DNA from: Azolla caroliniana
Lineage: Eukaryota; Plantae; Polypodiophyta
Assembly: GCA_043228905.1 (NCBI GenBank)
Contig: JBHGNT010000012.1
Span: 806,001-870,000 of the forward strand
DNA: 64,000 bases
Direction of reading: 5' to 3'
Notes under the pieces: model-generated
The model's database searches: none
The model's input: the letters and a program-made list of their open reading frames with translations, nothing else
What the model was told of the DNA's origin: nothing
Part shown: positions 15,536-27,900 of the stretch, one piece after another
Layout: each line of letters opens with the position of its first letter
How positions within the stretch are numbered: position 1 is the first letter of the stretch
Program-made: the position numbers and the translations under genes

Positions 15536-16778
15536 TACATGACCAAGGTCGCGGAAGTGCGTGAGCTGGAGAGCTACGCAGAAGCGGCAAAGGACGCAAA
15601 TTGGTGTGCCACTATGGAGGAAGAAACGCGGGCATTGGATGCCAACGGAACTTGGGACCTGGTTGACCCTCCCTGTCACTGTAAACCGATCAGATGCAAG
15701 TGGGTGTACAAGGTAAAGTACAATGCCAACGGTACAGTTCACCGGTACAAGGCCCGGTTAGTGGCGAAGGATATGCGTAGACCCACGGAATCGACTACAA
15801 CGAGACCTTCGCTCTTGTAGCGAAGATGACGACGGTTTGTGTGGTACTGGCGGTTGTTGCGGCAAGGGGGTGGCATCTTCATCAGATGGATGTGAAGAAT
15901 GCCTTCCTTCAAAGAGATCTTGAAGAAGAAGTCTTTATGACTCAGCCCCTCGGATTTCAGTCGGAGGTGAACAAGTCGGCGATATGCCGGCTGAGGAAGT
16001 CGTTGTACGGCTTGAAGTAAGCCCCCCGTGCTTGGAATGCTAAGATCACGTACCGGTTGCGAAAGATGGGGTTTGTTGCCTCTAAGTCGGACTCTTCCCT
16101 GTTCATCCGTCAAGGCTCAAACGGTCCGGTATGTATCTTACTCTATGTTGATGATTTAGTCATCACCGGCCCAGGTCTTCCGGAAATCAACCGCATCAAG
16201 TCCCAGTTGTCAGACGCATTCGATATGAAGGCCTTGGGGGACCTTCATTATTTTTTGGGGATCGAGGTGATCCGCACCCTCGACGGCATATTGCTTTCTC
16301 AACGCCATTATGTGTTGAATATACTATACAAATTCAGCATGACAGCATGCCGACCTGTCTCCACACCCCTGGACCGGAATCAGAAGATCCGTCCCAACTC
16401 CGGACCAACCTGCAATGAGAAACGGTTCCGACAAATAGTCAGAAGCCTGATCTACTTGACCATCACCCGACCCGACATTAGCTATCCGGTTGGAGTGGTA
16501 AGCCAATTCATGCAGAAGCCGACTGTGGAGCACCTTCAGTGCGCGCAACGAATACTGAGGTATGTAAGCGGCACTAAGGACTGGGGGCTCTTATACCGGC
16601 AAGGTATAACTGAAGAGCTTGTCGGCTACACGGATGCCGATTGGGCTAGCGATGAAACGGATCGTCGCTCAACTTTCGGCTTTATGTTTTCTCTTGGGAG
16701 CGCGGTTGTTGCGTGGAGCAACAAAAAGCAGCCAACAATGGCTCTATCCAGCACTGAGGCTGAATACTGGGGCGCAAC

Positions 16779-19700
16779 CAGTGTTGGGCAAAGTTTGTAG
16801 CCCCTACTGGAAATTTTCCTGCTTCTCATGAACCTAACCGGAATTTTAAAATTTTGGCCGACCACGTTCCTACCAACAACAATGTCAACCGGAACATGTT
16901 GAAAATTTTTTTGGCTGCATAACCAAAAAAAAAATCTAATGCAATACCAAATCAAATCAATTACAAAATTTTGGAACCCAAAAACTAAAGATATATATTT
17001 TCCAAAAAAAATTCTAACTTTATAAACATATTTCACTTTTCAAACCTTTGTAAAGTAGCATTAACAACATATTAGATCAAATTAGATGTAATATATAGAA
17101 AGTTCCAAAACAAAATCGATCACATTTATAAAGTTTTAATCTATATCTTCCATGAAGTCCTCGATCTCATCATCATGCTCATGAGAAGTTCCTGTAAAAA
17201 TATGACGATATGCCTTGCTTTCTCGCCACAACAAAATGCTAGCATTGAAGTCATGTTCTTCTAGTTCAGGTCCTTCAATAGAGATTCGTATCAATGCATC
17301 AATTGCATTGTTTTTCAGTCTATTTCTAAACTTATTTTTTATTAGATTTAGGCGACTAAAGCCTCTCTCACACGCTGTTGTAGAAGAACATTGGATTAAA
17401 CCTATCAATGCAATCTTTAGAAGTTCGGGTAGCTTTTCTTTCCACACATCATTACAATTTATCATACCCCAAACATCTAAGAAATCTCTTCCAAGCCATT
17501 CCGTGGTAGCTTGCCTTTTGAAAATTGCATATTCATCATACAATTTATCATTATCAATTATGAGAGAAAACGCTCTCCCATCTACCATTTTTTGAATGCC
17601 ATAAAAATTTCCAAGTGTTTTCAACTCATTAAGACCCATAGTTTTTCGTGCTAAAATGCTTGTAGATCCGGCAGACATGTTCATTGGTGATAACATTTTC
17701 AATGCGCAAAGAGTTACCGAATCTTGAAGCCTCTTTTTTATTGTCTCTATTAATGCCTTGGAAAACAAAGTTTGGAATTGTATGGCTTCAATCAAGTCCT
17801 CGCCATCAATACATCTATCCATGAGGATGCTTTTATACATATTACCTTTAATAGCATCTCTTAAAACTGAAAGCATTCCTTTTTCTCTACCATATTCTGG
17901 AATAATTGGATAACTATAGCTATCATTCTCAAAACCATTTAGATCCATCATAACATGATGGAGAAATTGTTCTTCAATCTCCCCAATGGCTATCATAGCC
18001 AAACCTCCAATGCATGTCACATCCACATATTCCTTTTGGAATTCCATACTTAACGTTGACATGATCTTAAGTACATTTGCAAGAAAGTGAAGCATATACA
18101 CTACTTTGAAGTTTCTTAAACTTACGAATACATTGTATGCATCACTTTGCGATTGTAAAGTCTTCATCAAGGGTTCATACACATCACATACCCTCATGAT
18201 AGCACCATGCCGACTAAGCCATCGTGTTTTCACAATCCCAAGAATATGCAAATGTGTGTATTCTAGTGCATCTTGCATCTTAGTTAATTCACCTTGGCGC
18301 AGTGAGCTCCTCGAGAAATGTGCAGCCACCCGATTCACAAGGGCATCTAACTGCTTACATGTTTCTTTGACTTCAATGTTCTTTGAAGCCTCTTGCACAC
18401 ACAAGTTTGTTCGATGTGCACAAAAATGTAAGGAATTCATAAATGGGTTATATGACTTCAATCTTGCAGCAACACCTGTAGACATACCTACCATAACAGA
18501 TGCTCCATCACTTCCGAATCCCATCATTTTTCTAACATCTAAGTTCCACTTTTTTAATAATGCTAAAATGCTTTCTGTTATTGTGTTTGATGTACCATCC
18601 TCTACTTCAAGTAACCCCAAATAAGAGGTTCTTACTTGCCTTCCTTCCACAAATGTAGCATAAAGAATCAAGTTCTTGGTTACGCTTACATCGGTAGCTT
18701 CATCTACCATAAGCCCAAACCAAGGACTTTTCCTCAACCTATCATAGATCTCAGCTTCAAGAGCCTTGCTAATGTGCAAGATAAAGCTTGCACAAGCCTT
18801 ATTATCGTTATACATTTGTGGAAGGCCTTCCACACCACATTCTCTTAACAATCGTAAGAGGCTTTCCAATTTTCTAAATGTTAAATCCTCTTTAGCTATA
18901 AAATATGCACATTTAAACAATTTTTCAATTACTACATCCACACTTGCTTCCTTTTTTTATGCAAATTTTTCAAGACCATTCTTGTCACGTTCTTGTAACA
19001 AAATGGCATCTCGATGGGCCACACTTCTTGCATGTTCTTCTAATGCGGAAGTCTTAAAGTTTTTGGCACCTGTTTTGCCAAATGAAGACTTACTATGAGC
19101 ATCACTCCTACAATAACTACACCATAAAAGACCAGTTTCTAAATCCTCTTGAAGCCACTTAAATTTAGTAAGCCAATCTTCTTGAAATTTTAGTTTGGCC
19201 TTACTAATTCTATTCATCTCATGAAGTAATTCTTCGGAGTGTTGATGGTCCTTTATAGGCTCTTCTAGAGACACATCTTCTTTAGATGGCAAGTTTTTCC
19301 TAAAGCCGGGCATTGTAAAGAGGCTAATTTGCTTTCCTTTGCCTTTCATATTCTTGTTTTGGGACATATTGTAAGTCTGTAACAATAATGCAGAGAATGT
19401 TTGACTAACATAATATATGGATTCTATTTACAAGAAGGTGAAACCTACATACACAATCCATGTTTCCAAAAAGAAAAAACAAATTAAGATACCTGGGATA
19501 TTTGAAGTTTCTGAGGCAATAAAGGATCAATTTTCCACTGTGGACCTTCCAATCTATTAGAAAATAAAGAAGAAAGAGGATGGCGCACATTAGCTTACCC
19601 ACATTAAATAAGCTCTAGTTTAGAACACTGAGATTTTGAGATACACTTTAGAGATCACAAAAACTTAAGATATAAATTAGAATTGATTTACAAATGGGAG

Positions 19701-22350
19701 TAATGGACCGAAATTGATTTGCAACGGCCAAGAAAGACATCATATTCAACACATAGAATCACATGCTGCTAATGTAAATTTCCAAACAAGAAATATGTCA
19801 AAAAGAAGGAAATCATAGCTAAAATAATTTCAAATATGTCAAGAAATTCGTTTTCCCACAAAATGCATCTAGTAGGAAAGATTTTGAGATACACTTTAGA
19901 GATCACAAACAAGATGACAATACGAATACGGGGTAGTAATAGAATATACATGCCTCCTTGTGATTTATTCTTGTCTATTCCCATCATCTTTCTATGCTTT
20001 TCTTGTGCTAAGATAATTTGTTGTACATAATTCTCTCCCAATTTTCAACCTATCGTCCACTACATGTGTTTGAATTACATGATGATTCTCATCTCAAATT
20101 TGTTGGTTCATCTAGTGATATTCCAAAGTGAACCAATAGCATGTAGTGAGTCGCTTTTTAGATGAAAGACAATAACTTTCTGTCTAAAAAGCTACAACTA
20201 CAAATTTAGAGGTCTTGGTGTGTTAAGATAATCCAAATCATACTCTAAATGATAAAACATTGGTGGAATCGCAAGTTTAAATGTTCTATAAGTTATTAGC
20301 ACTCGAATTATCTAAACTTATCTCCCATCAAGTAAGTTATTTATCTAGATGTTGTAATGTGATTAGCACTCAGTTGTAGATGTGATTATAATAAGCCTAA
20401 GTAAAACATTGATCACATTGAAACCTTCCAGACTAACATATGTGCAAACTTTATGAAAATGCCTAACCAAAAATATAGCAATTATAAAGTTGAGAAATGA
20501 ACTCAATGTCAACAAGTTATTAAGGAGGTTAATTAATAACAATAGTCTAGATCATGATGACCAAGTAGAAACCAAGAGAGACGACGGTATTAATGTCACA
20601 TAGAGGAATGTTAGGTTTCCATTGCTCAAGGCTTGAAGACACGATCTTAATGTTGCAAAGCATGTGCAACATTACTACACAGAATTTTAATAAGGTGACC
20701 TTTATATAAAAAATGTCTAACATATGATGAGATTGTACTTCTAATTGTTTGTTCTAGCTATTAGCTGAGTTGCTCCCATATTCTTCTCTACTTCAAATTC
20801 TTGGCAATCTCATAATAATCTCCATACACTCAATCAATTGCTTCCATGCATCACTACTACAACTTGCACTAAGCATTCTCACCAATAAAACCTTATATTA
20901 GCAATTAATCTCCCTATATCACATTTGCCTTTCATTATGGTTTTTATCCCTGAGTAGAATGCTTCAGAATAGTAATAATCAGGAGATGTACACTTCATTT
21001 GATTTTATCTAGATGAAGAGAATGTTAATGATCCTTTTTGTCCCCTTACTATAATATATTAAGGTAAGACGGTGTAAAAACTATTCAAAATGCTCTACTA
21101 GAATGATTCTTTTATCTTATGGGTGGATCTTGATGCAAATACAAGAATATAATGAAGCTATTGACAAGCATCTGTGCCTCAAATCTTTAATAGCACTACA
21201 AGCAAGATATTTCTACTAACTAAAAACAATTAGCTTAGTGAATACCGTGTATTTTGGTATACCTTATTTGTCAAGATTATCCAAAATTATGCAGTCATAT
21301 CAGCAAGGGCAAATCTGTGACCACTATTAATATTAAGCTAACTATGACCCTAAATCCTGAGGCAAAATAGCTCATACAAGATGAAACTAACTCGAGGATC
21401 AAAACACATAACACACAGCAAAAATAAACCAGCAGTAAGGAAATTAGACATTTTGTATAAGAACCTTCAAATAGAAAACAAATGCTAATCAATTCTTAAC
21501 TCTTTTTTGGGAGTAGTTTCACATAGAACAAAGGAAGCACATATCAGAGCTTCACTGGGAAACAAGTTTCATGTTTACATTGTATAAGTACCACTTGCTT
21601 ACCTTCCCATTTCAGAATAGAAATCCCATGCTAACATTGGGAATTCAACAATTTTCTCCTACCTCTAGAAACACAATGGCACATGTCCCTTAATTTTGTT
21701 TTAAAGATTGTATACCATATCTCATGGGTTCCCTGCTATCATTAAATTTATAATCAAGATGAAGATTGAGGATACCTTCTTTGATTCAACGAGCGACAAG
21801 TAACGCGCGTGAATCGTCGAGTGGTGAGAGCTGAGTGACGAATGATGGGCGACGAGTGACGAGCGGCAATTTCTGAGTGATGAGAGGCCGCCGACAATCA
21901 ACGAGGGAGAAGCAACGAGCTGTGGGCAGTGAGCAGTGAGCAATGAATGAACAATGAATAACAAGCAGTTGTTAACGAACAACTAGGAAGTAGGAAGGAG
22001 GAACGGCAACGAGCAAAGAGGAGGGAGCAGTGAGCAACGAGGAGGGAGCAACGAGCAAGGAGGGAGTAGCAAGAAATCAGACGATGACAGAGAGGGAGAA
22101 AAACAAAAAGAGGGGGGAAAGTAAAACAAAAAAAGGGGAAAAACATGAAATATATATATATAAACTTTTTTTTACCTTTATTTTTTACATAAACTATATA
22201 AATAGCCGGTTCAAAAAATATGAACCGGCTAGATTCCGGCTGGTAGGAAAACTTGGCCGGAATCAATTCCGACTGTCCCCCACCTTGGCCGGCAAAAGTC
22301 CCAACCCAACCGGAACGCTAACACTGTTCCTGGGACTTTGCCCAACACTG
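16779..22350 (-). mobile_element. hAT DNA transposon nested in the copia A RNase H region
   Basis: Perfect 16-bp TIR CAGTGTTGGGCAAAGT / ACTTTGCCCAACACTG; 8-bp TSD GGCGCAAC (16771-16778) / GGTGCGAC (22351-22358); AACCGG subterminal motifs. Confidence 0.95.
17136..19367 (-). pseudogene. hAT transposase (ZNF862-like: TTF zinc finger, DDE, hATC dimerisation) with one in-frame stop at 18959-18957
   Basis: FQEDWLTKFKWL...CSYC...HARSVAH; LMVDEATD, GSDGASVM, HFCAH, TRWLS, STTACERGFSRLNLIK. The two ORFs share a frame and are separated only by TAA. Confidence 0.92.
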
Positions 22351-23254
22351 GGTGCGACCATTGCCACCTGCGAAGCCATTTGGCTTCGGCGACTACTGCA
22401 AGACCTACGAATCGAGGTACCGACCCCGATCCTAATCTACTGCGATAACCTCAGCAGCATGCAGCTTGCCAAGAACCCTGTGTTCCATGCTCACACAAAG
22501 CACATAAAAGTGCATTATCACTTCGTGCGTGAGCGAGTCCTGAGCAATGAAGTTGAACTACGGTATGTTCACACGGATCGGCAAGTTGCCGACATCTTCA
22601 CCAAGCCGCTCGGGTCGGACAAGTTGCAGCACTTTACCAAAATGCTTGGTGTTCAGTATCTCGACGTGCCGCACTTGAGGGGGAGACGCGAGGGCAAAGA
22701 CACTACCGAAACGGGCAAAGGCAAAAAAAAAACTGTTGAACCTGTAGGTAAGCGAAGAACCAGTAGAGGTGGAGACAAGAAGAAAAATGAAGCTGAGTCG
22801 ACGAAGGAAGTCAGCACATCCGAACAAGTTGGTGAACCGGCTGAAGAAGCCAAGGGAAGCACGGAGAAGGCCAAGACCCGGACGTGGTCCGATGTGGTGA
22901 GAGGCCTGAAGCCGAAAATCAAATCGGAGGATACCGATTTGAACAAGAGCTGGAACAAGTCGGAGACAGCCGATTCAGATCAACAGACAGATCCAGATGA
23001 GTCGGATCAACGAGAGGCAAAGGAGACACGGACGCAGTGGAAGTCGATGCCATGGCGGTGGAACCGACGGATCGGCAAGCGCCGGAGTCATAGCAGCGAA
23101 GGAGTTGAGATGAGCCTATTGAGCAGACATGCCGAAGGTCGAGGCGCGCAGAACCAAAGGGATCGCGGCAAACGGGACCGGTGTCGCGAAGATGCGCGTG
23201 CGAGCGTGCTTCGCTTGAGCGGGACCTCCGGGGTCTTGGACCAAGGAGGATGTC

Positions 23255-23782
23255 TGTCAAGGTATTGAGAAGAGGACGATGTGAATGTAAGATTGGAGGA
23301 AGACCTATTACACTTGAGAAGATTGAAAATTGTACACTTTCAGAAGTAGATAAATAATTACAAGATAGATGCGAAGAAGAAGAAATAGAAGCTTATATTA
23401 TTGAGCCCCCCCCTTTACACAAGTCGTACTAGGGGTTTTATAGGTTTGTCCATGCACAAAACCATGGGCTTGGAGCCATGGTTTCTATGCACACAGGAAA
23501 CCATGAGCTTAAAACCATGGTTTTGTGTACACGGTTTTGTTCGTTTGTTTCCTACGGAATACTGAATATGAGAAAGAAATATAGAACATCTAAAGCACTT
23601 AGTAGTAGCTTTAGTGGTAAGATAATTGCCTCTTATCTTAGAGGTGCAAGGTTCAAATCCTGCTTGCAACCCTCTACATGCACTCAATGCCATTGTGACC
23701 TAGGTTTATTTATTTTCATTTTTACAAGTATTCGTGAAATGTGTGTGGATCCTCAATATTTTACTTTTTCTTGCACTAGACA
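23255..23782 (-). mobile_element. Solo LTR C (528 bp) containing a tRNA-like cassette, inserted in the 3' region of copia A
   Basis: Ends TGTCAAG...CTAGACA; TSD TGTC at 23251-23254 and 23783-23786; minus-strand TATA cctataaaacccc at ~23431-23444; AT-rich against the GC-rich host. Confidence 0.8.
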
Positions 23783-23915
23783 TGTCACATCACGACACCA
23801 GACCGGACAAGGAGCGCGAGCAAGGCGAAGCGACGTCAGGAGAAGTCGGTTGGAAGAATCAGCTGCCACAGAGGTTGACACTATGATCCTACCTCAGGTT
23901 GAGCTTGAGGGGGAG

Positions 23916-24958
23916 TGTTGAGCGGCAAGCTCAACCGGAGCCAGATCGACTGAATAAGCTTGAGCCGGTAAGCAAGATGAATCGGTATGCTGGTGAGCAA
24001 CTGAGCCGGTAAGTAGTAAGGACCGGTGAGTTGGGGAGCCAGTATGCCGGATCCAATCCGTAACCGGAATCCTAGTATAGGTTAGACTACTAGGCAGTTA
24101 TAGTCTCGTAGTTAGTGTCAGATGCTCGTGTGAGCATTGAAGTACACCGTTGTCGAGGTATTCCTCGCGGATGCGTGGAATGAGGCGGGACCTCGGGGGT
24201 CCTGTACCGAAGAGCAAGAGAGAAAGGAGAAGAGACCCACTACGTGCGAGAGTAGATTCACAGGGACACGGCCCTTCGACACAAGAAGCGAGTGGGGCAG
24301 CGACACAGAGAGACACGAATGTATGTATGTATTAACAAGACTAACAACAAAACACGAAGATGGTTACAACCGAACAGGCCGGCGAACAGATGCCGATACC
24401 TGTTCGTAAACGCACAGAAAGGAAGGAGTAGGTTGGAGGTGCTGCCGGAAGCACTCGGGCATTCCTCAGAGCAGCGCGAGCCTCCCGAAACCTGCACAAA
24501 AGGAAGCTATGGAGTTTGCGAACCAGAGAGAGAGAGAAGCCTTCGCACACAAACCGACAGCACTTCGTCCTCAACTCTCCGCGATCCCCTCCTCTTTCGC
24601 GTCTCCCTCCTTTTATAGGCAAGGAAGGAGTCGTTTCCCCCCCTTAACTTCCTACCCACTAAATCTACCTGCCTAGGATCTTCCATGGACAACATTCGAG
24701 AAGAGCCGGTTCCTATGCTCCTGTGCACCGATTCCGCTTGTGGACGGTTTTCTTCACGACACCGTACTTCTAACAGTCTCGTGTGGACTTGTATAAATAG
24801 CGTTGATGAGTGCGTTGTAGATACAGAGCACAAAGTATTCATATAATTTTGAAAAATAGTGTGTTTTGCTCTCTCTCTCTCTGTCTCTCCCGCCTACTCT
24901 CTCTCTCTCTCTCTCTTTGTGTTGTTCTTTCTAACGCTTCCGCAAGCAATCTTTCACA
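23916..24958 (+). repeat. 3' LTR of copia A, interrupted by solo LTR D
   Basis: Matches the 5' LTR on both sides of 24151-24761. Confidence 0.95.
24151..24761 (-). mobile_element. Solo LTR D (611 bp) inserted in the copia A 3' LTR
   Basis: Ends TGTCG...CGACA; TSD CCGT; the empty site gtacaccgtacttc is visible in the 5' LTR; minus-strand TATA gcctataaaagg at ~24609-24620. Confidence 0.92.
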
Positions 24959-27900
24959 AAAGGACACGACTAAAACCTATGTAATATAGACACCTTACAT
25001 TTTCTTTCATGGAATGTACAAGGCCTGGGTGGACAGGCCTTTCATAGAGTTAAAGGACTCTTACAATCAAATTTAGGTACTTCTATTGTTGGTATTATTG
25101 ATATTTTGTTTCTGCAAGAGCATCACTTGTGCATGGATAGGATTCAGAAATATGGTTCCATTTTACTAGGACGGTGGACTCATTTTTGGGTTCCTGCATT
25201 TGGCCCTAATGGCCGTTAGGCTTGATTATGCATTGCTATTAGACAACAATTGCAGTCTCACATAGTGTTAGCAGCTACTACTATGAATAAACCAGCACAT
25301 TTCCTTATTTTAAAAAGAGGATCTTAGAAGGTTGGCCTCATGAATCTCCATGCCCCTAATTCTGTGTCATAAAGGACAAATTTATGGTTATCTCATTCTG
25401 ATTATGCGGGTTTAGCGGATTGCTGGTTGGTGGTTGGTGGGAGGTGACTTTAATATGATTGAGGATGTTGTTGATAGATTGGGATGTATAGGTGTAACTA
25501 CTCTTTCAGGACGAGAGGCTAAGTGTTGGGATTATTTTTTTTTTACTTTTGGTTTGCTTGATTTATGGAAGGTGCATTCGTTTTCATGCATACAAGGATC
25601 CCTTTAGTTCTCTCGATCAAATGGGAGTGTGGTTGTTACAAATTTGTCTCAACTAGATAGATTTTATGCTAGTAGTGTCTTTTGGGAGGCGGGTGGGTCC
25701 ATAGGAATTATTTCGGGATCAATTATCTTTGATCATGATCCTCTTAAGTTACATGTTACATTTACCAAGAGGCGATATCCAAGCAATTACGTATCACTCC
25801 GTCATTGTTATCTAATGTTAGTCTTAGGATGTCAATCACTCAGATATCGTCAAGTTATAACTTCTTGGATGAGTGTCTGCTTAGCAATATGGTTCATGCC
25901 ATACTCAATATAAAGACTCTATTCACAAAAATAATTGCAACATCGGTTTATCATTGCAATTTAGAAATTGCCAACCTACGTTGTACTCTTGCAACAGTAC
26001 AACAACTGTTTGAAAGGTATCCAACTTCATCTATGCTACGTTGTCGAGTGAAAGATATTTTAAAAGAAAATCAGGAGGAAGGCTCAATGTTCTTTTACTA
26101 CCGTAATGTTGCTCGTTAGTCACAACGGCATGATCGGGTCAACAAAGAATTTTTTAATCAGTTTAAACGGGAAAATAAACCACTTTCTATTACTTCTTTG
26201 AAGTGACTTGATGGATCCTATACATCAAATGACTCTCAGATGCGAGATATAGTCTCAGATTATTACCATCAGTTGTTGTCCGCAAAATATTTTTCGGTAG
26301 ATAATCTTTACAAGCGACAAGTTGTTCTTTCAATAGTTCAACAGAAGGTTACAGATGTAATGGCATCTCAATTATTGCAACCATTCGCACTGGAAGAGGT
26401 TTTTTCTGCAGCTAAATCCGTAGGAAAGGACGACTGTCCGGGAAAAGATGGAATAGGAATTGGATTCTATTTGCATTATTAGGATTTTTTGGGTCCTCTA
26501 TTTACTAGAGCGGTTAATATAATATTTTCAAGTGGTAATATGCTTGTGGAATGGACGGAAGGAATCATATATATGATCCCTAAGTCGGATTGCCAGTGTG
26601 ATGAAGTCGCCAAGTGGAGGCCAATAACATTGCTTAATGACGTGTACAATATTGTGGCAAAGACCATTGCTCTCAGACTAAGATTGGTGTTGTCATCTAT
26701 TATTCATGGCACACAATTTGGTTTTTTGCAAGATAGAAGCATTTTTTATAACATCTTTTTGTTTTGGGAAATGGTTGCTTTAGCTCAGCAAAATAAACAA
26801 CAGCTTGCAATATTATTGCTTGACTTTGAAAAAGCTTATGATAAAGTGGATTGGGACTTTCTTGAGATAATGTTGTCAAGATTAGGTTTTCTCGTTGCAT
26901 GGATAAAAGGTGTCTCTGCCCTAACAGGCACGCTTCTAGTTCCCCTTTGTTTGCTAGAGGATACGGGCCACTATTTCCTATCTCCAGGTCAATTTGGCAA
27001 GGATGCCCTCTCGCCCCGTCCACTATTTCTTTTTATCTTGTTTGGGAAAGCCTTATCCTCCTACCTAAGATCGTCTTCGGCATGTATAAAAGGCATAGCA
27101 TTACCTTTTACACAACCTATTGTATTGGATGTTGAATTTGCAGATGACACGACCCTTTATGTTGACAGGGAGATTGGTAATCTTAGTAAGGTACAAGATG
27201 CTTTGCAAGTTTTCTCAAATGTTGTGAGTGCATCACTTAATTGCAACAAGGCAGTCAAATTTGGGGTAGATGAAGAAACTCACCTTGCACAATATCTAGG
27301 TCCTTCTTTCCGATGGCTTCATCATGGTGAACCAATTCATTATTTGGGATGTATGGTTGTATAGATTTGCGGCTAGAAGCAGTGTTATCACCATTATTAT
27401 TGTCAATAAAATGTAAACTACTACATTGGGATGCCCAACAATTATCCTTTACAAGTTGGGTGGAGTAGCAAACTTTGTATTGTTGGCTTCAATGTGGTTT
27501 ATAGCATCTGTTTGGCTATTTTCTAGATCTCCAATAACGAAAGTGAAAAGTTTGATCCGAAATTTCCTTTGGGGGGGAAAACAAGGATCTCCAACAATAG
27601 CCAAAGTTGCTTGGAATGTGTTAATTCAACCTAAAAGCAATGGAGGGTTGGGTTTGATAGATCTTTTAATGTAGGCAAGAACCCTTTTGACGAAGTTTGT
27701 GATCAGAAGATTGTTGCCAAGATCAGAAGCTTGGAAAGGGATATTTCTAAATTAGTTGATACAGTTAAGTCCTTAGATGGGCGGTGTTTGGTCACCCTCT
27801 TTAAAGTGGTTATTCTTGAATGATGTACAAACACCAAGGTAGGATCTTGCATCGAATAGATTTTTGCTAGGAATCATAAGGGCATGGGATGTGATTAAGT

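Larger units (their letters stand above)
7354..23250 (+). pseudogene. gag-pol of copia A in segments 7354-10057, 15541-16778, 22359-~22690 plus 3' extension
   Basis: Gag (EKLDRTNYASW; CWYCGKxGH), protease (WYVDCGASNHM), integrase (LIHSDVWGP, YTPQQNG), RT (QMDVKNAFL, LLYVDDL), RNase H (ALSSTEAEY|IATCEAIWL; NPVFHAHTKHI). Frameshifts and stops present; sequence rejoins across each nested insertion. Confidence 0.93.
6841..24958 (+). mobile_element. Ty1/copia LTR retrotransposon A (outer, decayed; Ale-like) carrying four nested insertions
   Basis: 5' LTR 6841-7258 (TG..CA), PBS TGGTATCAGAGC 7259-7270, PPT GAGGGGGAG 23907-23915, 3' LTR 23916-24958 (interrupted), 5-bp TSD AAAGG at 6836-6840 and 24959-24963. 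LTRs differ at roughly 25 positions (~94% identity). Confidence 0.96.

Noticed and set aside
22030-23268. 412-aa ORF as a novel gene
   Set aside because: Chance in-frame fusion of the hAT terminus with the copia A RNase H and 3' extension; starts at GTG in simple repeats.
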